Source of the DNA: Trichoplax adhaerens | Taxonomy: Eukaryota > Animalia > Placozoa | Direction of reading: 5' to 3' | DNA: 64,000 bases | Assembly: GCF_000150275.1 (NCBI RefSeq) | Contig: NW_002060952.1 | Coordinates: forward strand, 208,482-272,481 | Part shown: piece after piece, positions 49,804 through 64,000 of the stretch | Layout: every line of letters starts with the position of its first letter | How positions within the stretch are numbered: the stretch's first letter is position 1 | Made by a program: the position numbers and the translations under genes | Notes under the pieces: model-generated | The model's database searches: none | What the model was told of the DNA's origin: nothing | The model's input: only the letters and a program-made list of their open reading frames with translations

Positions 49804-52800
49804 ATGGAACAACTCGTTGGAGATTACCAATATAGTCAAACTGATTTACTGGGTCATGGCGCATTTGCTGTTGTCTTCAAAGGTTATCATCGTAAAGTAA
49901 GTCCATGACTACAGCAGCTTTCATTGCAGCAGTACAGTATGTACCAATTGACTCACTTACTCTACTAGGATAAGCGTAGGACATGTTTGGTCTTGCGTGT
50001 AAATACTTGAAGGGCTGTTGTTGTTTTTATTAATTGTTGTTCAATCTGCTGCTGCTCATCTTGGTGAATGAAATGTGCTTTATTCTTTGTAGTCCATGTA
50101 CAGTAATGGTTACTCGTAATACGAGTGGTAGGCAATATTAGAAATGTTGTCTACAATACTCTAGCACAATCAGGACCCTTTCTCTAGAAATACTGTTCTT
50201 GTTCGACGAGTATTTACAGCGACTGAACGTCAACGTCAATTGATACAATGTGCTCGTATGTTGATAACAGTTAATATAAAATGCAATCAGTTGTCCAACT
50301 GTCGCTCCTTCCACCACGTAGAGTCTACCATTCCAGTTTTACCTAAACTTGCTTGAATAACTCGTGTTAGGATGCTGCAAAGAAAAAGTATATTGTACTA
50401 CGTATTTTCTCTTTAATTTCCCTTATTCCAATTTTTAAACATGACTCTATCATCGTTCTATTACTAATCGTCTCAATAATCATACCATAATTGTTGCTAT
50501 CAAATCTGCTATCATTGCCATGACGCGTATAAAATTCTATTGAAAATCAGTACCGGTGTTGAACTAGGAAACTTGAAAATATCTATTACTAATAGACTCG
50601 ATCATCAGACGTTCCATGGACTTACAATACGCATAGACACGTACTGTGCTTTCTCATCGATGATATACAATCCACTGACAAGATGGATACGACACAATAA
50701 AATTTCTATTGCTATCTCGCTACCTTGTATGTTATGATCAAGGTTGTTTCATGTTAGCGAAATAGAAAGAAATAAAATTGGTGTAATAAATACTCTTAGT
50801 ATCATTATCTAGTCCATGCTATTGTATAAAGGTTTGACTAAATACTTTCTTGACCACAAAAATAAATAGAATTGTCAACATAATTAGCAATAATGTCTGT
50901 ATCTAGTACTCGCTACTGTACAAAATCCTGACAAATACTTTTTTTACTGACATCATCTGCCTATTAGTTAGCGGTTTATACAGTATTTTATTACCAATAT
51001 TTAGTACCACTTTAATGTGACGGCATGATATTGGACGAACAGTAGCTGGCCAATCACTCATAAATCAACAAATGACTACTATAACATTTAGAGCAGATTA
51101 CTATATATTTACTGTACATTTCTTAATCATAGTGAACATCGAAATAGACAATATCAGCAATGCTATATCTATCTTGATTAGTAATCAAATAACTATTACT
51201 GAAATGCCCTTGAGGCTTAAAAGAGAGTATATAACACTTGTATTGATTGAAAAATAACTTGTATCCTTGCTTCTTTGTATCTTGGATATGACGTAACAGA
51301 ATCACTCCTTGAAAGTCGCTATTAAACGAATTGGTAAAAAGAACTTGATGAAGAACAAAAAATTACTAGCTAAAGAAATTGCTATATTAAAGGTACTGTT
51401 CGAAAACATGCGTGATTTGCGCTATCTACTATATTACTACTTATTGATTAAATATGCGTACGTAATGTTTGTCGTAGCAAAAAATGGATTAAATTATAAT
51501 CATTGCTTGCTATGAAATAATATCAGAATCAGTAACTTAGTTGTATAGCTTTATACGTATGAGACATCAACAAATAAAAATAATAACACATCAAGTAATT
51601 GATCTCCCTTCTATATGTTAAAATACATACCCAGTTGCCAAGTGCAGCTGATTTTTTATATGAATGGACTTGTAGGTGATAAAATCATTGTAACAAGGCT
51701 TGTAGTCCCTTCCGGATATTAGATATCGTCAATATTTTCAATACAAACTTTTTTTAACCTTTGATGAACTATTTTATAGCTTTTACAGTTATAGGAAACA
51801 TTGTATGGCTTTTAATCAATATCATCTTGATGATACTCTTATTCATTTTTTTCTTATTAATTATATGGCATCAGCAATTAGAGCATGACAACATCGTTGC
51901 CCTCTATGATTGTGTGGTAAGGAGTTAGTGTTCTTATTCTTAATTAAATAAAAATCATGTAACGTTTAAAAGAATTTCTTTCCGTACTAGACTGCAGTTT
52001 ATAATGTTTAGTCAAGCGATATTGATATTTATCGTAGTATCTATGATATAGGAATTGGTATACAATTGTATTGATTGCTTTTGTATTATTTTACAGGAAA
52101 CATTTACCGATATTAATTTAGTAATGGAGGTAATTATAAGTATTAATGCAATGTAATGCTTCCATACACTACATTTTAACTAGCCGGAATATATAGACTT
52201 TATACATCACATTCTATATCCTATAATTCGATCTTTTACAGTTTTGTAATGGTGGAGATCTATCGGATTACTTACAAGGTATGAGATAATAATCTATGCT
52301 TTCCTATATACATACGTAACCACAACTTTAATCTTTACTGCTCTTCGTTAGAGTAGGTTTTCTTACTAATACATGAACACTAATTTACTTCGTGAAACAA
52401 CTAGATAAAGGGACGCTCAGTGAAGAAACCATTAGAACATTCCTTAAGCAAATAGGTCTGTATTCAATCAATAATACAGATATCGAATATACTTGTACAC
52501 TAGCTGTAGTATTGTCATATTTCTGATTGTCTAAGACACATTGATTTTAAATGTCTTAAAATTATATATTACTGGCTAAAAAGTAAATTTTCAAATTGAA
52601 TAACAGCATCTGCCATGAGGATTCTCCACTCGAAAGGCATCATTCATAGAGATTTGAAACCACAAAACCTATTACTGTGTTATAATGTCAAAAACCCTAC
52701 CCCATCTGACATTAAAATTAAAATAGGTAGATATCTTGTAACACTACATTCTACTTCCACTTGAATATATAACAGTACTGTATAAAGTAGCATTCTACGC

Positions 52801-55800
52801 TTGTACCGGTATTATTACAATAAATCTAAAATAAAATGAATTTTAATAAAATATTACTGACTAATTAGATATGTTGAAATATTTTTTATTTTAACAGCGG
52901 ACTTTGGCTTTGCAAGGATTTTACCGGAGAACACGATGGCTGCAACAATATGTGGCTCTCCCCTCTACATGGTAATACAGTAGTTTGCAGTACTGTCAAT
53001 AATATGTAATTTAAATGATTTTCATATTATGATCTTGAATCGTTTCGATAAATTTTCAGGCTCCGGAAGTCTTTAATAATGGCAGCTATGACAGTAAAGC
53101 AGATTTATGGAGTATTGGTGCCATTGTATATCAATGTTTAACTGGAAAAGCACCATTTACAGTTAGGACTAGTTTACTTTTTGCAATTATAACACAATTT
53201 ACAGCATTCTTAAATAAGATGCTTATCAAGGATAGTAACAACTTCTATTTTAACTTATAGGCATCGAATCCACAGAAATTGAGAAATTTTTATGTTAATA
53301 GTACCGAATTAATACCAAAGTTAGCATTCTACATTAGCTTACAAATGCTATAAGAACTTTATTTTGTTAGGATATGCAGCATTAACCTATTAATCTATGT
53401 TATGATTCCTTAACATAAGTATTAATTATTTTTTTAACATTAGCATTCCAAACTATGCATCTAAAGAAATTTCTGATTTGATTTTAAAATTATTGAAGAA
53501 GAATCCTCGTGAGCGAATGTCTTATGGTAAATATAGCCGTAACTTGTAAATGAAGCTGTACTATTGATCATATTGATTTAAATCGCTATATATTTGTTGC
53601 TAGACAAATTGCACAATTGAATTTCGTAGTGTCTTTCAATATCAAACTTACTTAAAATGAGGTTCAAAATTTTTTGCTAGACGAATTCTTTCAACACAGA
53701 TTTTTACAAAAGAAGCAAAGAAAGCCATGTAATTACTATCTGCCTTAATAATCTTAGTGACTACTTTAGAAAGTTCGTATTACTAAACGTAGACTTTTCT
53801 ATTATAACTAGCTGTTCCTGTGCCAGTACCGATACCGCCGGCTAGTCGCTATTCCTCAAATGATGAAGAAATAGAAGAGAAAATCAGTGTTAAGGTTTTT
53901 AAAGCTTTCATTTTTATTACGATTTCTCATTCAATTAAAACTTCAACATTACGAAAGATCCTTTTTTTTCACTTACAGTCATCTGCATTAGACAAACAAA
54001 TAGAGCGATTGACAAGGGACAAACCTACCATCGTTGATGCATTTCGGGAAGACGATGCAAATATATTTCCTATGCAAGGTCTTTTAGAAATAAATTTTTT
54101 CGATTCGTAAACAAAATTATGCTTAGATTATTAACCCGTGATATCGTACTTGTGTCAACAGCTACTGTCGCGGGTTTTTTAATAGTCATATATTCATGGT
54201 GTTAAATTATAATCTTGTAATAGATGAAGGGAAAGTTGACGAATACAGAGATTGGTCTAAGAAATCATCTGCCTGTGGAAGCGATGTAAGGCCGTCTGAT
54301 TCTTTTCACTATGCCAATTATGATCTAGGAATATTCTATCAGTTATCTATAGACTTACCTTACTATTATCTTAATTATATTATTGAATTTCATAATCTGT
54401 TATCAAGGAGTTTGTCCTGGTTCCTACAGACAAAGGGAAAGGTAGCGTTAGTTATATTTTGCATTAATTACAATCAACTATAATCATAATCATCCGGAAT
54501 GCCTTTGTTTTTTATTTCGGAAATGTAGCAGTGGAAATACGTTCAATGGATAAGCATCGATCAGAATTCGTTAGCAAAGATACTGCTAAGCACAGCTCTT
54601 CCTCGATATCGCCGCCTAACTTGTTCCAGGATGCTGAGGATGACGTCGATATTTCCCGTACTAGAGGAGAAGCAACATCTGAAACTCCTCCAGGAGTCAA
54701 AGCAATAATTACTGGGCAAACGCCGCCTAATTATGCTAATAGCAATATCAATTTCATGCAAGCAATTGCTTCAAAATCTTCGTCGCCAAATATTCGTAGG
54801 CCTTTTAAGCCGGATGTTCCTCTTATTGAGGAAGGCGTTGATACAACGATTGATAAGCCTGATATCCCTTCAGATGGCCATGACTCAATTGATTCATCGT
54901 TCTCGCTAACTAAAACTAGGCCGTTATTTGCCAAAAATACAGATAACAATATTGGAATTTTTAGACCAAACAAATATGTTTATTCTCGAGGTTATACGAA
55001 AGTTGGCTCTTTTCCAACATTGACTGCTCCTATTGCCAGCCCACCAAGAATCTCCTGGTTAAAGGATGGTTTAAGAGATCACATTCTAGATGGTGGAGAG
55101 AGGAGAGACATTGATACTGGTATGTAAGAATTTTTTCGTCACATAATTTTATAATTTGCGATTTATCGATTAACACTATCAAAATTTGCTCGAATTACTA
55201 CTTCATACGATAAGGTACATCGCCTCCGTATCTAGATAGTCCTATATCATTTATAGCACCGCCATTGTCACAAGATATCCCTTCTGAGGTAAGGCTAGCG
55301 AAATTCACCTCCTTTTATTACGATTAGCCTTTAATTGATAATTAAATTGCTGATTAGGTATAAACTTAAAAAATATTTTAATTGGCATTAAACGTGTAAT
55401 GATTATAGTTGGAACCCGAATCGTTAAATTGGTTAAAATCCAGGTTAGAACTGGTTAATTCTCTTCAAGATACCGCTAGAAGACGTGGTGCACCTCTTGA
55501 TGTCCAAACGGATTCTATTTACCAAATGCAGGTAAAGCTGTACAACTGATGATATGGATAATTGTAGCAGCTAACTGAGGCATTTTATGTGTACTTTAGA
55601 AGTCTAAAATTGGAGTTATGGATCAAATAGGACATGCGAACAGACACTATCGGTATTGAATTTATAGTTGTAGTAGTTGATACTTCAGAAGTAAATAACC
55701 ATTTGCTCAATGTTGTAACTTAGTTATGCAGAGCAATTAGCATTGTACCTTAAAGCGTTAAGAATCGCGGGTGAATCTCTCTTGGTGGTACGCACTCAAC

Positions 55801-56707
55801 TGCAGCAAGACCGTGATGTTCAGACGTCAAATTCGTATATGATATGTAATAACGATAGTTGATGTGAAACTGTATTAATAATATGCTCATTTAGTACCCT
55901 ATATTATTTTATTAATATCTTACACTGTCATTGATTGATAGTATTAGGCAAATTATTAGAAAAATTTACAAGATGTTGGAAAAAAGCATCTCAGTTGTAT
56001 GAAAATTTAAAATGTACATCCGTTAACGATATCCCAAAGGTAATAACGTTTCTTGTTGATTCAAGCTTGTGTACTGACGATATTCTTTAAGCAATAATTT
56101 TAATGAACATTTCAGATTCAGGCAAATGAAATTATCTATGAGCGTGCTCTAAATCTAGTAAGATTATAACTGGGTAGCTTTACGGCTTCATTTAACTGTG
56201 TTAGTCGATTTACTCACTTGCATAACTTTTTTCCATGCTTTAGTGTCAAACTGCAGCAACAGATGAAATACTTGGTAATGTCTCTCAGGTAATTGTACGC
56301 CTGCTTAATATTTAAGTGGGAAATATTTAAAATTAGTTTTGTATAATGTACTTATTATATTTTGCGTTTATTGTATACATTTAGGCATTAAAACGCTATT
56401 ATACGGCTAAGCTGCTAATTACCAATCTTCGTGAAGACCCATTAACCGATGAAGAGGATGCAGAAAATCTTCGCAATTGTATCCTTCAGATGACTACATT
56501 ACTTAATAGTTATAAACCTTAGGGATATATATATTCTAAAAATTGAAGTACAATTAATAAAATTGAATAGGTTTTTAAATAATTAATCAGAAGGTTCTTC
56601 GTTATTGTCTTTAACAATATTTAATAGTTATTATGTCTTTGGATAGAAGAATCAGTTACATGGAAGGAAGACAAACTTATCCTGTATATCCGGACGAGAG
56701 ACACTGA
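49804..56707 (+). CDS. ULK1: Autophagy-initiating kinase ULK1/2 (Atg1 ortholog), >20 exons
   Basis: [107 protein letters not shown]; Ser/Pro-rich linker with LIR EFVLV; C-terminal EAT/MIT-like region ([25 protein letters not shown]); TGA at 56705-56707. Co-ortholog of ULK1/ULK2. Confidence 0.93.
56479..56627 (+). other. U12-type (minor spliceosome) GT-AG intron, last intron of ULK
   Basis: 5' splice site GTATCCTT; branch-like TCTTTAAC at 56608-56615, 12 nt before the intron end; no long polypyrimidine tract; splicing keeps the frame ([14 protein letters not shown]). Confidence 0.8.
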
Positions 56708-59645
56708 ATCACCTATTCGAAATCGACTGCTTTGTATTATAATCTGTTACAATAGACCTTATTGTATCAAATAATGCAATTTAGTACAAGTTCGGCAATG
56801 GTTAAGTAGTTTATATGGCACTCGAGACCCACTTGTATGATACTGCCCTCTCACATTTCTAAAGATTCAGCTCAATGCCCCTGTATCATAATCATCGAAA
56901 TCATAACAGATCTGAATGGAATGCTAATCATTCAGGTTTGTTTAAGACCTTAATATTTCTACCATTGATAAAAGTTTGCATTTTCTATTACAATTATCAT
57001 ATACTTTAGTTGAATATTGATAAAATAGAAATTGGCTACCGTAATAGGCGTCGTCATATTGCAATTATAAACTTTAATCTCCTTTACCTGGCGTATTCTT
57101 AGTAATAGTATATTATGATTATACTTATTTATTAATCTATTTATACAATGCTTACGTTGCTGATAACCTGCATATTTTGCATACTGTAAACATTGTACTA
57201 AACTGTATTCTTTATAAATGAACATAAAATCTTGATATATGTCAGCCATGAAAAATTATATTTCTTAGTTGTATGCAGAAAGAAAATATATGAGTGAATA
57301 CACATGAGTGAGCTAATTATATAATAATTAGATCATAACAGTTATTATGGTATTGTTATTTTTATTATGGTGCTGTTCATAAAATGGTAAATGGCATGGC
57401 ATACCGATGATTTGATTAAATTAATTGATTTTTAAAATGCTTTGTATAATTTTAATGATCAATCCAGTCAATGTTAAATACCTTCTTAATAATTGAATTG
57501 TTTAGCTAATAAAAGTAAAATTCTATGATGGCAGATGTACCGGCATCGCTAAATTTGTTTTACTATTTACTTAATCATCACTTCTACACTCGGGAAGATT
57601 TATATTTGATACGTTATCCCGTAAAGTAATTTTACCCGCCTTTAGATGCTGTCGTAGTATCATTAGCTAACTGACGTATAGTGCTATTTGAAAGATCAAC
57701 ATAAGATGCAAACTTAGCTAGCTCGGCCCTCGCAAATGAAATTGCATACATCGCGCGATGATAGTCATTAAGTATAAATTTTTCTCGCTAATCTTATAAC
57801 TTTTCATTTAATTAATTATCAGTTTCGCAGACAGCCTTTCTGCTGTAAAGTAAGACATCTAGTCGTGTCGACTAATTTATGATTAAAATTATTCAGCCAC
57901 GACCATTAAATCGAGTGAACATGCTCGAATTAAATTTTGTGATGAGAACAAAAATTTACAATATTTGCAATAGTTTACTTTTCAATGTGTGCAATTTATA
58001 TTTCTGAATAAATTTTATTAGAATCATGTGAGCATATAGGTTATAAATTTACTTAAATTATTACATTTCCGCAACTTCGTAAAATGAATATTTTGCTACA
58101 TATTAATCTACTGTGGATCGTAGGTATCCATTCGCAGCCAATGTTTTTTTCCACAAGTTACACTGAAATGAAATATTGCTATAAAAGACCTATTTCCTTA
58201 ATTTTATTGAATGTACTGGTAGGTTATCGTGATTTAAACAAGGCTAGAAACGATTATCACTTAATATACTACCTAATACAGTATACTGAGTTCTTAATAC
58301 TTTGCTACCGATCCCTGTAACCTACCTAGCACAGTAATAAATCTGTTCCTACCAATTAATGAGAAAAATGTACTATAGCAAACTATAGCACAGATGGTAT
58401 ACTTATTTAGGTAAATAATGCTCATGAATTAATTCATTAATTTATAATAGGAGGCAGAATATCGATTTCAAGCATCAGTACAATGCAATGCCTAACTTAA
58501 GCCTTAAATGGTGGATTCAATTCGTATACATAATGCACAACAAAAGAATCGATATTTATCCTTGGCCATGGAATATAGAGTTTAATTAAATATATTTAGA
58601 GATGCAATATCTGATTTATGCCTAAAAAGACAATATCTGATTTATATAAAATATACTAAAACGGAAGAATTAGTTAATTGCCGGGAACTATTACGGCACC
58701 TGGGTATATAAGAGAACATATACCATTGCAATCTTGTGGCTACTACATTATGCAATTAATTCAAATTGAAATCAAGCCATATACCGATTAGCAGATAAAC
58801 TTAGAAGTATTTATTAGATTTTGTGTTAATATTTTTGATGATTACAGTGACCATGATAATAATTATGTTACATAATTTACTTATTCATGCGTTCTCAAAC
58901 CAATTGACACAATTTACAGGGGAAAAAAATCGCTAGATTTGTGATGGTATCGCAAGATAAACATCGCTTATTGTATTTCATCTAACATAAATCACCATCT
59001 ATGGTATAGGATATCTATTGATCTATTGTGCAAAATTTTTAAATTTGCACTACTCGATATAAGAGAATAATAACAAAAATAATAACAACTGCGATTGATA
59101 CATTATAGTCTCTTACTTGAAGATTACATTGAAATTATTGGAAAGATCTTGCGTCGGCCAAACTTACAGGAAAGACTGGAAACAATTTCAAAATCACTAA
59201 TAATGCATGTCTGCATCGTTATTTGATTTTGTAACAGTATCAGTAATAAGAATTTTTAGTACCAACAACAAACATCTGAACCTCTCAAAATCCGTTCATA
59301 AATAATAGCTAAAGTGGAACTGACTATTTGCCCTACAGAGCAGTACGTAACTACAAACCAGCTATTATCTGTTATAGGTATTGTCGCCTTATAAATTATC
59401 AAGTTATACACGATAGTTAACAATTTAGCAATTTGTTTGCTAATGATATATGTAGTAAGTAATAACTGGTAACGTATTTTGTTAAACTAATAGTATGTAC
59501 GCTCCCTTAGCTGTCTGTTTAACATAATTACGCGGATAAAAACTGTACTTTTATAATCTGTTAGCTCCTTAAGCAATTATTATCATATTTACTGTTTATA
59601 AAAGAACAATCGTCGAATTTCTCTTAAACAAGAAGAGTTTTTCTT

Positions 59646-62375
59646 TCAAGTACAACAGCCTCCAGAGGTCTTTTTGCTTTCAGCTATAAGTAAAAATATG
59701 ATAAGTAGAACGAACTGAACTAAATAATTGAATCTAGTTGATTAGCAGAGCCCGCTTGACGGTCTTACGATGCATTAATCTTAGATATGGATGTTTATTT
59801 AATAGAATTACCGCTCAGAGTTCCCGATCCGATATCTTCTAGCTTAATAGTCTTTCTTACTTCAGTCTGCTTTAAAACAATTCGTTCAAAAGCTAGTACA
59901 GCTACACGATTAAACATTTCGTCTACATTAATTCCTAGTTCATCAAGGATAAAAATAATAAAGAGGTATTTAACTTAACAAAGAAACGTCATTCAAAAGG
60001 AAAGTAAAATATTATGTTGTGCTTATTTATACTAACCTGCCTTAGCGGAAGTTCTCCAATATTCTGCGTTCAATTTTTCAGCTAATTGAACCGCTTCCTT
60101 CTCATAATCGGCTAACTCCTCTTCCTTCTGCAATAGAAGCACTACATGAATGCACGCATATGATCTGTGGATGATTTTAATATTATATTATTTTGCTAGC
60201 TTACACATAAATCACATTTTGTTCCGATGATATAAAAATCACATTCGTCATCACTATTTTCCCGTTTTGCACTATTATACCAGTCCCTAATGAGTATAAG
60301 TGCAATGCCATTAAATTGCTATTAGCAGTATCACCGTACAAATATCATTGTATATACAACTACAACATTATCATATCTCTCTTAATGACAGTCGAAATTT
60401 ACTTACCGGACGTGATCTAATGAAGTTTCATCATGGAATTCGAAAGCAATAATGACCGCTATAACAAATCAATACTCCAAAATCAGAATTTTTTGTGAAG
60501 TATAAAAGTATAGTGGGCTATTATTCAAATAAATTGAATCTAAGTACCATAGATAATAATATATTTACACATCCTATCAACTATTAAATATTGCCTACCA
60601 TTACTACTTCGGAAATAAGCCCTGGCAACACTTTGGAATCTTTCTTGACCTGCTGTATCCCATCTTAAATATAAGCGGAAACATTTTATTTCGTTGTAAG
60701 ATATTATGCCATTGTTGAATATCTCTTAAAATATCAATATACTATTATTAAGTTTTATGTTTTATGTTATAATCCAGTACAAGACTAGTATTAATCATAT
60801 AACATAAGCCTAATCATCGCGTCGTAGATTATGAATTTATATTGATATAAAGCCTTTAAAAAAGAAACGACTAAAATTCACGTACATTTGCAATTGAAAA
60901 TTTGATCCTTTAATAACGAAATCCTCAACTTCGAAATCTACTCCAATTGTCGCCTTGTAATCTTTGTCAAATACTCGACGACAATATCTAATAATATTCA
61001 AAATGTAAGCAAGACTTACAATACATTCATCAATTATAACTCGATTAGCAGTTTATGCAAGAGATCTAAAAATAAGAAATTACTTATTAATAATGGACGT
61101 TTTTCCAACTGAAACATCTCCAATAACAATCACTTTGGCCGTAGTTAAGCTATAAGATAAATAATAACATTGGTAAAATTAAATAAACACGTTTTTGATA
61201 AAATAAATAAATGTGGTAGTGTAGGCCATCTATAGATTATTCTTGTAATTTATACATAGTCAGAAATAATATTGAAAGCTTTCGGTTACATTATAAATCA
61301 GTCTACAAGATACCTATCAATGAATTTTAAAGCGATAAGCATAGTGAAGTATAGTTATATTTTACCTTGTATCTCGCATAGTGTTAATAACTCTTACAAA
61401 ATTATTCAAGTAAGATAGAAATCAGTCTTATATGTTGATATCAATAGTTACATCTATGGTGTCATTCATACTTTGGTTGGTCGCCAATTCTATTTGGAAG
61501 TTCATCTAATAGTTGTTGGTCGAAATCATTCTTTCCAGATTGCTTTGGCATAAAAGCCTGTAATACAATAATAATTAGTTGCTTCGGTATTAGTCCAATT
61601 CTGTTAGACATACTATTCAATAATTTTACCACATTTTGTAAATTATAATATTACAATCGTAAAAGGAACAGTAAATAGCAAATAACGACAGAAGTGCTGT
61701 AAATCGATAGTAATTTAACAGCGGTAAACATTGAAATTACTATTTGCTTAGTCATTGTTTTCAGATTGTATATGATTCTACTGTAGTAACATTAGTAAAA
61801 GGTGACATTATAATGCTAGGACGATTAAGTCATCTTACTTTATTCATACTGTATATTTTGTCGGGTTCAACTATAATTTTTCGAGCCCGATGCGCGACTA
61901 CAAAAAATTCAAAACTAGTCTGCAAAACATCTTTTAGATTATAACTGTTGCATCATAAGCTAATTACAAATATAGCCAAGCTTATCATAACCGGTAAACT
62001 TACTAACAAAATTAATGATTAGTACTATTAGCATGACAATATTGTACCAGAATACAGGGAAATAGTCTATAATTTATTATAAATCGGTACAGTATCATTA
62101 GAGCTAATTGGATATCATTAATGTTACAGTACAAAATTATTGCATAATAATATAAAAGACTCGATATTGTTACCGATCTTAACTATTGCTAGCATTAATT
62201 AAAGTACTGTAGTTGACAATTAAACGGAACAGTAAGCGTTGATCGTAGCCATAATCTTTGCAATTTTCTCAGTAGTCAGCGCTAATGGTATATACTCTAT
62301 TATAAAATAGGATGAATAGTAGGACTGGCATACCTTAGGAAATTGATCAATTTTTCTTTCCTGCTTACTTGCCAT
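59646..62375 (-). CDS. RAB34: Rab34/Rab36-family small GTPase, 10 coding exons
   Basis: N-terminal extension MASKQERKIDQFPK|AFMPK..NDFD, AKVIVIGDVSVGKTS, FDKDYKATIGVDFEVEDF, WDTAGQERF, IGTKCDL, AEYWRTSAK, RVAVLAFE, C-terminal GGCCT* prenylation motif. Co-ortholog of RAB34/RAB36. Confidence 0.92.
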
Positions 62376-64000
62376 GATAAATAACAGGTAACAGTTGCTT
62401 CTTTTAATCCAATAATTTGAATTTGATACAATCAACTATAACTATGAGAAAAAGTGGACAATTTCAATTTGAGATTCCTTATGCCTATGGCTAGTAGATT
62501 TAATTTATTATTCTCGTAGAAAAATCTTTGAGTTTATAGATACATATACGCGTAAACATGAGTCAAACTTGTATTGAATTATCTCTGGGTAAAAATTGCT
62601 GATCAATTGTTGGATAATTAAGAGTGCCTGATAATTAATGTTATTATGTTATGCTTGATTTTGAGCAATACTAGCACGAACTTTACTAACGACCATGGCG
62701 GTCCACTTTTACCTTTTTGGCTATCATGGTGCAGCTAAGAATACGCATAATACAAGCAGAAAAATTATACCCTTGTTCAAGTATTAAATATTAACATCAG
62801 TTAGATACGCTATGAGCACATTTCTAAATTGTGGCAAATAAGATAGTCCGTGTCTACACTGCTAGTAATTTGCATCTAATATAGATTATTTAACTTTTTA
62901 ATAGAAATTGCAGTCAGATCAAAGTGTAAGCTGAAGTCTTTTCATACATAGCTTAAACCTATTTCTAGCTTTTACTTTTTTATTTCGGCTGTATATATTT
63001 TATGTGCTCCTACTATTTATGGAAAGGTTTTTAACAGGGGTTGTAAGTACATGAGATTGTGAAAAGGTCGGTAATAATTAATTTTTCGTTCGTACGTGTT
63101 TACTATATTTTCTTCATTCTAGGATGATATTGCTGTCGTACATCTTTGTACAACCTTACTAGATTATATAATTACTAAGGAAATGCCTATAATATGCGAT
63201 AAAAGTGTGGTAATAGAAATCTTTATAGCTTCTAAAAGCTCTTGTAAATTGGAATCGATAATACCCAATGGCTTTACCTTGTCTCATCTTAGCCACTGCT
63301 GTCAATTTTGTATATACGGAACATCATAGTGAGTAAGCAATTTGATTTAACGGCAATAGCGTCGATCACTAGTTTTTCTCATAAATTTCAGATATTTTCG
63401 GGAGGATAAAAGTTTTGGGAAACGAAAAACAGCAACAAAAGGTGATTAAACATACTTTTGTCATGTCTAGTAAAAAGTAGAGCACAAATTGTCGATAGTT
63501 ACTATTGCTAGGGTTTACAAAAAAGTTACTGTAACACTGTTATACGAATATATCGCGAATATTAATAGATGGCTTCGTAGATTAATTAACCTATTCACAT
63601 TATTTCGTAGTAGAAAGTGATTAGAAATTGAGTATCTCAAATATAAGAATTTATCTGATGTACATATTGATATTCAAATTTAGTCGATAGAGAGAATGTG
63701 TTTATCATCAAGTTTGATTCGTACTGAAATTTAAAAACAAAAACTTAAAAGAAATATCGGTAGATTTACCGGAAGTCTATCCGGCTAATTTTTCATGATA
63801 ACCGTGATATGGCTTTTAGCTGCCTATCTACGCGTATACGCATGAAAGCATATCGATGGAAAGATTTAAATCTTCGTCAGCTACATCCTACATTGTTGCA
63901 GCCAATTTTATATTATCCTATACGATGGGCTATTATCGAACTATGAAATGCTTGCTGTACTTTACTTTAAATTACACGATCGTAGTATGTACCCCTCGCT

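Overview
Very AT-rich, intron-dense eukaryotic genomic DNA with short introns. Gene content, intron sizes and the TACAG/CTGTA low-complexity tracts suggest an early-branching animal, probably the placozoan Trichoplax (inference, not verified). Manual exon stitching gives nine protein-coding genes: CHEK2-like (-), theta-class GST (+), ERCC6L/PICH (+), an unannotated single-pass membrane protein with a very Cys-rich tail (-; missed by the ORF track), two intronless RDH11-14-like SDR paralogs (-), SMG6 (-), ULK1/2 (Atg1) (+) and RAB34/36 (-). The first ~10 kb has no convincing coding gene. Non-coding structure includes several unrelated tandem arrays, a satellite monomer with a solitary inverted copy 10 kb away, a 160-bp dispersed repeat, a dead duplicate of the ERCC6L first exon, a U12-type intron in ULK, and palindromic pentamer tracts at most gene 5' ends. 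Exon boundaries were read by eye and may be off by a few bases; most ORFs in the supplied track are spurious.
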